Source: Isurus oxyrinchus
Taxonomy: Eukaryota
Direction: 5' to 3'
Length of the DNA stretch: 64,000 nt
Assembly: GCA_026770705.1 (NCBI GenBank)
Contig: JANJGN010000121.1
Location: 372,001 to 436,000, forward strand
The notes beneath the pieces are model-generated. The model searched no databases. It had not been told where the DNA came from and was given only the letters and a program-made list of their open reading frames with translations. Below, piece after piece: positions 49,478 through 60,925 of the stretch; position 1 is the first letter of the stretch, and every line of letters starts with the position of its first letter. Made by a program: the position numbers and the translations under genes.

Positions 49478-49893
49478 CTCTGACAGTGCAGCACTCCCTC
49501 AGTACTGATTCTCCAACAGTGCAGCACTCCCTCAGTACTGACCCTCTGACAGTGTGTGTTCCAGTTCAGTTTTAACCGAAACTCAGTGAAGCGGTTCTGA
49601 TCCTCCAACAGTGCAGCACTCCCTCAGTACTGATCCTCCAACAGTTCAGCACTCCCTCAGTACTGATTCTCTGACAGTGAAGTACTTGCTCAGTACTGAC
49701 TATGCGGCAGTGCAGCTTTCACAGTACCTGCCCTCCAACAGTGCAGCAGGTCATCAGTACTCACGCGCCAAGAGGGCAGCTCTCCCTCAGTACTGACCCT
49801 CTGACAGTGCAGCACTACCTCAGTACTGACCCTCCAACAGTGCAGCACTCCATCAGTACTGACCCTCCAACAATACAGCACTCCCTCAGTACT
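49478..49893. repeat. 33-bp tandem repeat arrays, partly duplicated from ~47720-48012
   Basis: Same unit and same diagnostic variants. Confidence 0.9.
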
Positions 49894-50025
49894 GAACTGA
49901 ATTGTCTGCCTGAATTAAGTGCTTTGTGGTGAAGGAACCTACATTGATATCACACCTTTCACATTCTCAGGGTGTCTCAAAGCGTTTCACAGTCAATGTA
50001 AGTAATGATCTTTATTTGTTTTCAG

Positions 50026-50307
50026 ACACACCACAGAATCTCTCAATTAATTCTCTTGATATGATTAACGCTTCATCAATCAATATAATTGAGGGGAATT
50101 CTGCAGTGATAATCTGCTCCGTCGAGAGCTTCCCAGCTTCTAACCTGACGTGGCGACATCTTAATGTCCCAATGAACAGAACAAGTTCCAACAATGAGCT
50201 GTGGTTGGTGATTCCTCACGTTACATCCAGGGACACTGGAGACTATCAGTGTGTGGCAGAGAATGAACATGGAGCAGTGGAGGGGTTCATAACCATCACT
50301 GTGGAAC
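50026..50307 (+). CDS. Gene C third Ig domain exon
   Basis: 282 nt, ttttcag|AC ... GAAC|gtgagt; DTGDYQCVAEN. Confidence 0.9.
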
Positions 50308-50344
50308 GTGAGTTACACAGAATTGAACGTTCTCTTGTTGTTAG

Positions 50345-51380
50345 CTCATGGGATGTGGGCATTGTTGACAAGACCAGAAATTATTGCCCATCTGTAACTG
50401 CCCCTTGAGAAGGTGGTGGTGAGCTGCCTTCTTTAACCACTACATTCCCTGTGGTGTAGGTACACCCTCAGTGCTGTTAGGGTGGGAGTTCCAGGATTTT
50501 GTCCCAGTGATGGTGAAAGAACGGCCAATATATTTCCAAGTCCCAGGGCAGACCACCACCTCAAGTTCGCTTCCAAATCACACACCTCACTGACTTGGAA
50601 CTGTCTTGGTGGAAGAGGTTAAGAGTTTGGAAGGTGCTGTCGAAGGAGCCTTGGTGAGTTGCTGCAGTGCATCTTGTAGATGGTGCACACACTGCTGCCA
50701 TTGTGTGCCAGTGGTGGAGGGTATGAATGTTTATGCTGGTGGATGGGCTGTCGATCAAACAAGCTGCTCCTGGATGGTGTCGAGCTTCTTGAGTGTTGTT
50801 GGAGCTGCACTTATTCAGGCAATTGGAGATTATTCCATCACACTCCTGACTTGTGCCTTGTCGATGGTGGACAGGCTTTGGGGGGTCAGGAGGTGAGTTA
50901 CTCACCGCAGAGTTCCCAGCCTCTTACCCGCTCTTGTAGCCACATTATTTCCTGTTGCTGGGTTGTTGCCAGGGCCAATAGCCTTTGCTGTATCCAGTAT
51001 CATCAGCTAATTGCTGATGTCACGTGGAGTCAATCGAATTGTCTGAAAGCTGACATCTGTGATGCTGGGACCCTCTGGAGGAGGCCGAGATGGATCATCC
51101 ACTCAGCACTTCTGGCTGAACATGGTTGCCAATGCTTCAGCCTTGTCGTTTGCACTGATGTGCTGAGCTCCCCCATCATTAAGGATGGGGATATTTGTGG
51201 AACATCCTCCTCCTGTTAGATCTTTAATTGTCCATCACCATTCATGACTGGATGTGGCAGGACTGCAGAGCTTAGATCTGACCCGTTGGTTGTGGGATCG
51301 CTTTGCTCTGTCTATAGCATGTTGTTTCCGCTGTTTGGTGTGTATGTAGTCCTGTGTGTCACCTCAGCAGCTTGGCACCT
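50345..51380 (-). mobile_element. LINE fragment (same family as 10530-11270), rearranged
   Basis: Direct homology. Confidence 0.75.
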
Positions 51381-51573
51381 CTGTTATATGTGAATCCTCC
51401 TTATAGAAACCTGCATGTACATGGATATTATCAATAAATATTACATAGATAAATGTTATTTGTATAGACCTTTCATGCATAGACAATATCACTTCACAAG
51501 TTCAGAATTACTACATGTACACAGGGAACCATTCTCAAACTGTACCGGAGTCATTCATTGGCTGATTTTACAG

Positions 51574-51670
51574 GGCGAGATTCCAATGAATGGAAAGCAG
51601 GATTGCTTGGAGCTGGAATCTGTTTGAGTGTTGGACTGAGTGGATTCTTCATCTTCAAGTGTGTGAGAAA
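51574..51670 (+). CDS. Gene C transmembrane exon (RDSNEWKAGLLGAGICLSVGLSGFFIFKCVRK)
   Basis: ttttacag|GG ... GAGAAA|gtaagt, 97 nt, paralogous to the gene B TM exon. Confidence 0.88.
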
Positions 51671-51984
51671 GTAAGTGTGAAGGTTTAATTGGTTGTTTTT
51701 GAAAATGTTTTCTTCAAACTTCTCTCCTTATAGAAAGAACTTGCATTTCTATAGCACCTTTCACAACCCAAAACCCTTCACAGCCCCTGAAGAGCTTTGA
51801 TGTTCACCTACTGTTTAACATCTCATCCAACATTCACTGTTTCACAACTCAGTCCTGTAACAGGCAGTGTTGACCCGGACCATAAGATACCTTGTGACCT
51901 ACTGAGGATGTGAAAGGAGCTATATAAATGAAAACCTTTCTTTTGTTAGTGAATGCAATCTCTTTCCTCTTTCCATGTTTCATT

Positions 51985-52135
51985 CACTCTCTCTTATCTC
52001 CACTAATGCTCTCCTTCTCATTCTCTCTCTCATTCACTCTCTCTTATCTCCACTAATGCTCTCCTTCTCATTCTCTCTCTCATTCACTCTCTCTCCAATC
52101 TCCACTAATGCTCTCCTTCTCATTCTCTCTCTCAT
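51985..52135. repeat. ~50-bp pyrimidine-rich tandem repeat, 3 copies
   Basis: CTCTCTTATCTCCACTAATGCTCTCCTTCTCATTCTCTCTCTCATTCA. Confidence 0.85.
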
Positions 52136-52424
52136 CCTCCTACACGTTGTTCAGTCTCTCACATTTTTAAGGAGCGCTGAGCAACATCTGCTCCTTCAGA
52201 AGATCCACCTCAACAGCTGGATTGAGCAGTGAATTGAAACTCGCTCAACGACTGCTCAGCTTTACACAGGAATCACGTCACAGAGTCAGGACACAAAGGG
52301 TTAACAGTTTGTTTACAACACAACACTAAGGCCCTACGTTTCAGTGAAAGGGTTTTCACAATTGTTCCCCAATTCCTGATTTTACTCACAGAGACACATC
52401 AACCCTTTCTCATTAAACACACAG

Positions 52425-52509
52425 AGGGAGCAGCACAGGAAGAGGTCATTCAGCCCAAGCAGAGTGTGTGGGCAGTTCCTCCCCAGGCGAGCAGTTGGAC
52501 AGGTACTGG
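52425..52509 (+). CDS. Gene C putative first cytoplasmic exon (GSSTGRGHSAQAECVGSSSPGEQLDRYW), a copy of the 85-nt exon
   Basis: 85 nt gives phase 2->0, the bridge needed between the TM exon and 53024; open frame; acceptor is weak. Confidence 0.5.
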
Positions 52510-52679
52510 GTAAGTAACGGAACGATTGGAATTCACTTCCACCACCAACACCGTCCTTTGTTAATGTTGTGACTTTATATATAATCAGATTCCAATGATT
52601 GATGCCTTTGAAAGATTTCTACAGATTATTGAGATCTGGGTGTGAGGCTCAGGTCTGTTGTACAGAACATCTTTCTGGT

Positions 52680-52952
52680 TAAATTATGCAGACAGGTTAC
52701 ACACAGTCTACGATTATATTCCCTCAGGTCTAGAAGATTAAAGGAGTGATGTAACTGAGGGGTTCAAACTGATTAAACACTCGATAGGGTCGATAGAGAG
52801 AAGCTATTCCCTCGGGTGGGGGTGGGTGGTGGGGGTCGGGTGGAGTCTAGAACAAGGGGGCTGGAACTTCAGATTGGAGCCAGGCCGTTCAGGGGTGATG
52901 TCAGGAAGCACTTCTTCACACAAAGGGGAGTGGAAATCTGGAACTCTCTCCC
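52680..52952 (+). mobile_element. CR1 3' fragment
   Basis: RPFRGDVRKHFFTQRGVEIWNSLP. Confidence 0.75.
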
Positions 52953-53023
52953 CAATAATCAAACCCAACACCGAATACACATCATGTTGATAGTCACTCT
53001 GTCCATTTCCATCTCTATTACAG

Positions 53024-53128
53024 AAGAGAGGCGAGGTGAAAGCAGGAATTAAATCGAACCATCGTGTTGATGAATATCGAGGTCCTGTTTATGAAAACTG
53101 TGAGCGTGGTTGGGCTTTGAGGAATCAG
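53024..53128 (+). CDS. Gene C cytoplasmic exon (KRGEVKAGIKSNHRVDEYRGPVYENCERGWALRNQ)
   Basis: tctattacag|AAG ... CAG|gtgagt, 105 nt phase 0-0, Tyr motif VYENC. Confidence 0.7.
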
Positions 53129-53261
53129 GTGAGTCACACACCACAGGATCCCCAGCCTCTCAGCTGCTCCAGTAGCCTGGTTATTGATATGGCTGCTCCA
53201 GTCCTGTATCTGCAATGTTTTATACAGTCACTCCCAAACCCAACCAAACTCACACCCAACA

Positions 53262-54503
53262 CCGTTCAGAATCAATAATCAAACCCCGTTCAGTATCAAT
53301 AATCAAACCCCGTTCAGTATCAATAATCAAACCCCGTTCAGTATCAATAATCAAACCCCGTTCAGAATCAATAATCAAACCCCGTTCAGAATTAATAATC
53401 AAACACCGTTCAGAATCAATAATCAAACCCCGTTCAGTATCAATAATCAAACCCCTTTCAGAATCAATAATCAAACACTGTTCAGAATCAATAAACAAAC
53501 CCCGTTCAGTATCAATAATCAAACTCCGTTCAGGTTCAATAATCAAACACCGTTTAGAATCAATAATCAAACCCCGTTCAATGTCAATAATCAAACCCCA
53601 TTCAGTATCAATAATCAAACTCCTTTCAGAATCAATAATCAAACCCAGTTCAGTATCAATAATCAAACCCAGTTCAGTATCAATAATCAAACCCCTTTCA
53701 GGATCAATAATCAAACTCCGTTCAGGATCAATAATCAAACACCGTTCAGTATAAATAATCAAACCCTGTTCAGTGTCAATAATCAAAACCCGTTCATAAT
53801 CAATAATCAAACCCCGTTCAGTATCAATAATCAAAACCCGTTCATAATCAATAATCAAACCCCGTACAGTATCAATAATCAAACCCCGTTCAGAATCAAT
53901 AATCAAACCCCGTTCAGTGTCAATAATCAAACCCCGTTCAGTATCAATAATCAAAACTCGTTCATAATCAATAATCAAACCCCGTACAGTTTCAATAATC
54001 AAACCCCGTTCAGAATCAATAATCAAACCCCGTTCAGTGTCAATAATCAATCCCCGTTCAGTATCAATAATCAACCCCCGATCAGTATCAATAATCAACC
54101 CCCGTTCAGTATCAATAATCAAACCCCGTTCAGTATCAATAATCAACCCCCGTTCAGTGTCAATAATCAAACCCCATTCAGTAACAATAATCAAACCCCG
54201 TTCAGTATTAATAATCAAACCCCGTTCAGTATCAATAATCAAACCCCGTTCAGTATCAATAATCAAACCCCGTTCAGAATCAATAAACAAATCCCATTCA
54301 GTATCAATAATCAAACCCCGTTCAGTATCAATAATCAAACCCCGTTCAGTATCAATAATCAAACCCCGTTCAGTATCAATAATCGAACCCCGTTCAATAT
54401 TAATAATCAAACCCCGTTCAGTATCAATAATCAAACCCTGTTCAGTATCAATAATCAAACCCCATTCAGTGTCAATAATCAAACCCTGTTCAGTGTCAAT
54501 AAT
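53262..54503. repeat. 24-bp minisatellite (~50 copies)
   Basis: Unit ATCAATAATCAAACCCCGTTCAGT. Confidence 0.98.
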
Positions 54504-54599
54504 TAATGTATGTATTGTGGGTGGAATTTTCGATTTGGATCAATAATACTAAACACTGATCACTCTGATTGTCACTGATCATTTCTGTTTCTATTACAG

Positions 54600-54716
54600 A
54601 AGAAAGATGAGAAGGATCTGGAAATGAAATCTAACCGCGGAGTCAATCCTGATACAGATGATGATCTTTACGCAAACTGTGATTTTGCCAAGGATTCTGT
54701 GTATGGGAATTTATAA
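54600..54716 (+). CDS. Gene C terminal cytoplasmic exon (KKDEKDLEMKSNRGVNPDTDDDLYANCDFAKDSVYGNL*)
   Basis: ttacag|AAG acceptor, phase 0; SVYGNL fits the ITIM consensus S/I/V/LxYxxL. Confidence 0.8.
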   Translation, partial: KKDEKDLEMKSNRGVNPDTDDDLYANCDFAKDSVYGNL

Positions 54717-56036
54717 ACTGAGCAAGAATGAGACACACACAGTGTGGGGAGAATACAGAATGGGAGAATCATTCAAAACTCCAATTTACCTTCCTAATAT
54801 CCACAGGAACTCACTCCCAGGAAATAGATTTAAACCTCTTGTTACAATCTGATGGAATTTCTTCGGAATGATCTATCCAGGATGGTTGTCTGTGGGTTTC
54901 AATTCGAACATCCTCCTTCAGAATTGTCCCTCACTGTTGGAAACATCCTTCTCTCCATTCTGATTGTAAATGTCTTTAGATATCATTCGATGATGTACCA
55001 GGACATAACGGACAAATTCAATCCCGTGTCCGTGATTAAGAGTTAATTTTCATTCTGTTATTCACCTTCCTGTCTGTCAGTGTTTAGAATATTCATCAGC
55101 CAGTGCAGACTTCAGGAAATGCAGGATCGGTGGATAATTGGAACAGAGGAGATTGGTAAAATTTACACCATTTTGTAGTCAAATGTATTTTCAGAAATAT
55201 ATTTGGATTTTACACTTCATTGTTAAACAGCGAAACGAACAACAATCTGGGATACAATTTGATTGGAGATTTGAGAAATTCTCTGCAGCTTAGAAGATAA
55301 CATGTGCTACAGTGCCACCAATGATGGGAGTTCATCAGTACAACGTGACATGTTTACATTGATATAGCCAATGAACATTGGAAATTATGATGTGAAAATT
55401 TGGTTGCAGGTTTATCTTCTTCAATATGTCATGGATGGATGAGACAGCTTTGATAACAGAATGAGATATAGCTGCAATAAACCACAATTTTAGTCCTTCA
55501 CACTTGGAGAGTACATTTAGCATCCATCCTGAAGGCTGAGTGGATGGGTGGACTGTGCGATGTGTTACAGATTACAGAGACCAACATCCTTGATCAGTAT
55601 TCCGCTCTGTGTTTGATGAGATGCTTGGATCAAAGATTGGGAAAATAAATAATCCTCCTGCATTGATCTATAACTGGTCTCTCCCTCTATCAGTGTCCTG
55701 AGGACAGAATTGGGTTCGATGTCCAAAATCAGACACATGCTTTGACTGCCCATTGAATAGGAACAGGAGGAGGTCATTCAGCCCCCTCGAGCCTGCTACA
55801 CAGGAACAAGAGAGCACCTGAAATAAAAACAGAAAATGCTGGAGAAACTGAGTAGGTCTGGCAGCATCTGTGCAGAGATAAACAGAATAATCATTTCGAG
55901 TCCGTATGACCCTTCTTCAGAGTCTATAAGCAAAAACTCTGTTTCTCTCTCCACAGCTGCTGCCAGACCTGCTGAGTTAATGCAGCATTTTCTGTTTTTA
56001 TTTCAGATTTACAGCATCTGCAGTATTTATTTTTAA

Positions 56037-56720
56037 TGAGAGGAGGACATTCAGCACCTGAGCCTGTTACACAGGAACAGGAGGAGGCCCATTCAGCCTC
56101 CTTGGGCCTGTTACACAGGAACAGCAGGAGGCCCATTCAGCACCTGAGCCTGTTACACAGGAACAGGAGAAGGCCCATCAGCCTCATGAGCCTATTACAC
56201 AGGAACAGGAAGAGGCCATTCAGTCTCTCAACACCCTTCAACAGGAACAGGAGAGACTCTCAGCCCCTCGAGCCTGTTACACAGGAAAAGGAGGAGTCCT
56301 ATTCAGCCCCATAGAGCCTGTAACACAGGAACAAGAGGAGGCCATTCAGTCACATTAGCCTGTTATCCAGGAACAGGAAGAGCACATTCAGTCTCTCAAC
56401 CCTCTTACACAGGAATAGGAAACCCATTCAGCCCCTTGAGCCTGTTACACAGGAAGAGGAGGAGGCCCATTCAGCCCCCTCGAGCCTGTTACACAGGAAC
56501 AGGAGGAGGCCCATTCTGTCCCCTCGAGCCTGTTACACAGGAAGAGGAGGAGGCCCATTCACCCTCCTCGAGCCTGTTACACAGGAACAGGAGGAGGCCC
56601 ATTCTGTCCCCTTGAGCCTGTTTCACAGGTACAGGAGACCCATTCAGCCTCCACAAGCTTGTTACACAGGAACTTTAGGGGCTCCATTCAGCCACTCAAG
56701 CCTGTTCCACAAGAACAGGA
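56037..56720. repeat. 43-44-bp minisatellite
   Basis: Same unit as 35068-35851; resumes at 57575-57790. Confidence 0.92.
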
Positions 56721-56721
56721 G

Positions 56722-57555
56722 CAAAAACAAAAATAGCTGGAAAAACTCAGCAGGTCTGACAGGATCTGCGGAGAGGAACACACTTGACGTTTTGGGTCTG
56801 TATGACTCTTCATCAGAACTAAGGGAATCGAGAAATGAGGTGACGTTTTAGCTGGTAGAGGGGGTGGGACAGGTAGAGCTGGATTGTGGGCCAGTGATAG
56901 GTGGAGGTAAAGAAGAGGTTGCCAAAGATGTGATAGACAAAAGGACAAAGGGGTGTTGACGGTGGTGATATTATCTGAGGAATGTGCTAATGGGGACATT
57001 AAGGGTAGAAAGCAGGACGAGCAAGAGACAGATAGTCCTAGTGGGGGTGGGGTGGGGGGAAAGGATTGAAATCGGCTAAAAGGTAGAGATACAACAACAG
57101 ATGTAAAACATTTAAAAATAATGGAAATAGGTGGGAAAAGAAAAATATATAAATAAAAAAAATATTAAAAATGATAAATTATTGGAAAAAGGGAGATTGG
57201 AAAGGGGGTGGGGATGGAGGAGAGAGTTCATGATCTGAAAGTGTTGAACTCAATATTCAGTCGGGAAGGCTGTAAAGTGCCAGGTCGGAAGATGAGGTGC
57301 TGTTCCTCCAGTTTGTGTTGGGCTTCACTGGAACAATGCAGCAGGCCAAGGACGGACATGTGGGCATGAGAGCAGGGTGGGGTGTTAAAATGGCAAGCGA
57401 CAGGGAGGTCTGGGTCATGCTTGTGGACAGACCGAAGGTGTTCATCAGAGCGATCACCCAGTCTGTGTTTGGTCTGTCCCATGTAGAGGAGACCACATTG
57501 GGAGCAGTGAAGGCAGTAGATTAAATTGAGGGAAGTGCAAGTGAAATGCTGCTCC
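56722..57555 (-). mobile_element. Penelope-like element 3' fragment (GIY-YIG endonuclease and terminal repeat) inserted in the minisatellite
   Basis: LLYMGQTKHRLGDRSDEHLRSV...PVACHFN...KLEEQHLIFRPGTLQPSRLN. Confidence 0.85.
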
Positions 57556-57574
57556 CAATGATGCTCCTAATGTA

Positions 57575-57790
57575 CTCGAGCCTGGTACACAGGAACTGGG
57601 GAAGGCCAATTCAGCCCCTTTAGCCTTTTACACAGGAACAGGAGGAGGCCCACTCAGCCCCTCGAGCCTATAACACAGGAACAGGAGGAGGCCCATTCAG
57701 CCCCCTCAAGCCTGTTACACAGGAATAGGAGGAGGCCCATTCAGCCCCATCAAGCCTGTTACACAGGAACAGGAGGAGGCCCATTCAGCC
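57575..57790. repeat. 43-44-bp minisatellite, continuation
   Basis: Same unit; last unit fuses into the 85-nt exon (donor at 57844). Confidence 0.9.
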
Positions 57791-57917
57791 CAAGCAGAGC
57801 GTGTGGGCAGTTCCTCCCCAGGCAAGCAGTCAGACAGGTCCTGGGTAAGTAACGGATCGATTGGAAATCACGGGGGAAGTTCTGAGGGCTCCTAACACAT
57901 TGTCCTGTCTTCTAAAT

Positions 57918-58200
57918 CAGCACCTTAATACTGACCCTTCAACAGTGCGGCACTCCCTCAGTACTGATCCTCTAACAGTGCAGCACTCCCTGATTAATGT
58001 CCCTCTGACAGTGCAGTACTCCCTCAGTACTGACCCTCCAACAGTGCAGCACTCCCTGATAAATGTCCCTCTGACAGTGCAGCACTCCCTCAGTACTGAC
58101 CCTCCAACAGTGGAGATCCCCCTCAGTACTGACCTTACAATAGTACAACACTTGCTCAGTAATGACCATCCGACAGTGCAGCACTTGCTCAGTACTGACA
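57918..58200. repeat. 33-bp tandem repeat array
   Basis: Same unit. Confidence 0.92.
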
Positions 58201-60628
58201 CTGGGGAGTTTCAGTCTACTCTGTGGGGCAGACGTCCCCTGAATGGGGTCTTGAATCCCACAATGTTCAGAGCCCCTGAATTTGGCTGTGAAACCCACTG
58301 ACCCACAGGAGAAACTCCTGGTCAATGACTGTCCACCTCTGAGCAGAAATATCACCACAGAGTCAGGACACAAACGGTTAACAGTTCACCAAGATCTCAA
58401 AACATGAGCGTCTTGAGGTGGTGAAAGGTGCTATAGAAATGCAAATCCTTCAATGTTCTTCTTTCTTAAAGCCTTGTAACTCTCTGCAGAGCACCTATCA
58501 TCCCACAGAGAATCAAATTAGTCTGTGAAGACATTGTCTAAAAGCAGTTCTGATCTCTCGAGAGCATTCGGACAAGAGGTGACGTCTCATTAACTCCTTT
58601 CTCTTTCACAGCTTGAGAGTGAGAAGTGGATGGAATATCTGGGAGTGGACGATGATCGGGAAATCTACTTCCTCTTGTCACTTTCCCAAGGTAATATCAT
58701 CATCAGCTCAGACAGAATTATGTTTAACAGTCTTTGTAAAAGATCATTCTTATCTCTTAATCTCTGAAACCTCCTGCAACTCAACCAAACAACTTCCCAG
58801 ATCTCTGTGTTACTGCAATTCCGGCCTCTTGACCATCCCCCGATTCCCATCAATCCAATACTGGCGGCCGTGCCTTCAGCTGCCTGGGGCCTGAGCTCTG
58901 GAATTCACTCCCTAAACCTCGGGGATGGAGGAGATCAGAGGGTTTCATTTTACTGACAATCACCACGGCCACATCACAGCTGCAGTGAGAATAGACAGAG
59001 AGTCCAGCCCTCACTCTTCCTGCACAGTTTCACCATAGCAACCACAATATGGAAATTTAAAAATACTGAAAGTTAAACCGAAACCAAGCCAGTCAGTTTA
59101 GAGAGATGAGATGTTTACACAGTTTCTCTGTGTATCTTGTAGACACTGTGTTGGGTGGAAGACTGGCTTCACTAAACAGGGTCCTGAGGACCATGAGCCA
59201 ATGTAGAATGAACTTGTCCACTCCTGTGTCCAGGATTCTCTTCCATCCATTGTGAAACCTTGGGGAGTTCCATGTGTGTCCTGTAGATGGTCCACACTGC
59301 AGCCACTGTGCCCCAGTGATGGAGGGGGTGGATATCGAGTCTAGTGGATCTACAAACCTTCCAGAGTTAAATATTGATATTTCTCTCCCCACTTGGACTG
59401 TCACAAGAGTGGAAAGGCGACACTCCACGAGAGGTGGCAGCGCAGGAAGGTTCCTGTGTACAGATTCCATGTCATGACAGTTAATCATCACATTTCGTAG
59501 GGAGATCACGTGTCGGAATCTGGTTGACAGGAATAGATGGGAACCCTACAGCCTAAATGGTCTATAGCCTTTCACTCCGAGGGTCACAGTCACAGGGATC
59601 AAAGATTCCGCCATCGTACCCGGCTGTCTGGAGACCTGAAAAATGGCGACTGTTCCCTGATTATAAACAACATCAGACGGAAAGATGCAGGACCTTATTT
59701 TTTTCAGAATAGAATTTGACAGCAGGAATAGTTAAAGCTACTATCCTGTAACCCAGCTTCACGTTTCTGGTAAGTGCTGTGTTATAATTACTCAACAATT
59801 CACATTCAACACTCAATGGGAAATAACACAAACTGTGACGTTTACATATTAACACAAAACACAGCTTATTATAACTTGCTATCTGATTCTCAATAACCTG
59901 GTGATAGCTTCCAGTTCAGCCCTAAAGCAACCTCTAATACTCACTTTAATATCAATGATGAAAAGCATTAACTGTATTATCAGGTTATCCATTCCCATCA
60001 ATCTCTCCTGTCCTGTTTAAAAGTCTGACGTATCGATAAAAGAAAGATGTGCATTTCTGCAGCGCAATTTACCACCTCAGGAGGATCCAAATCCCTTCAC
60101 AGCCAATGAAATTATTCCTGAATTGTAGTCACAGATGTAAAACACAGCAGTCAGTTTGTGCACAGCAAGATCCAACAAACCACAATGTAATAAATCACCC
60201 AGATCACTGAGGAAATGAGAAGCCAGTGAACTCAAACCTCTGGTCTGATGAAGAGTCATACAGACTTGAAACGTTAACCCTGTCTTCCTCTCCACTGATA
60301 CTGTCAGACCTGCTGAGTCTTTCCAGCAATTTTTGTTTTTGTTTCAGATTTCCAGCATCCGCAGTATTCTGCTTTTAACTCCAATCTCTGGACTGAGCCT
60401 CTTCTCTCATCCAGTATTCTCAATTCACATGTCTCGGAGTGAACGTGTATTAAGCTGAGAGACAGAAACACTACTGCCAAAGAGCAAGAAAATCTCTCCT
60501 GATCATTGTAACCTCTCAGTTCTGATATCATCCTTGTAAAAGTGCTTTCTCTTGTGGGACTGTGATTTCTATTTGAACTGATGCTTCACGTTATATTTGT
60601 CTAAAAGGATCCATTCTCTGTCTGTTAG

Positions 60629-60925
60629 ATTTCACAGATAAACCCACGATATTCCCTGCTGAAATTATTGCAGGAAAGCGTGTGGATGTAAGCTGCACCT
60701 TCAACACAACGTGCAATGGAACAGCAGCACCTGTCTTAACCTGGGACACTCCCACTGACGTACCTGGATCAGTCTCAAACACTGTAACTCAGCATGGTGT
60801 CACTCTGACCTATACTTCTGTTCTGACCCTGATCCCATCACTCAAACACCACGGACACACTCTCAGCTGCCGAGTGAGATATCCATCTGTTTCATCGGAG
60901 CGGACCCTCGTACTAACAGTGCAAG
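60629..60925 (+). CDS. Gene D C2-set Ig exon (still intact)
   Basis: 297 nt, open, ttag|AT ... CAAG|gtaatt. Confidence 0.65.

Noticed and set aside
53184-54506. 440-aa (INNQTPFS)n and 410-aa antisense ORFs
   Set aside because: Product of the intronic 24-bp minisatellite
40620-54716. Assigning a specific symbol (CD33, CD22, MAG, SIGLEC14, SIGLEC15)
   Set aside because: Family membership is clear but orthology cannot be set without a phylogeny
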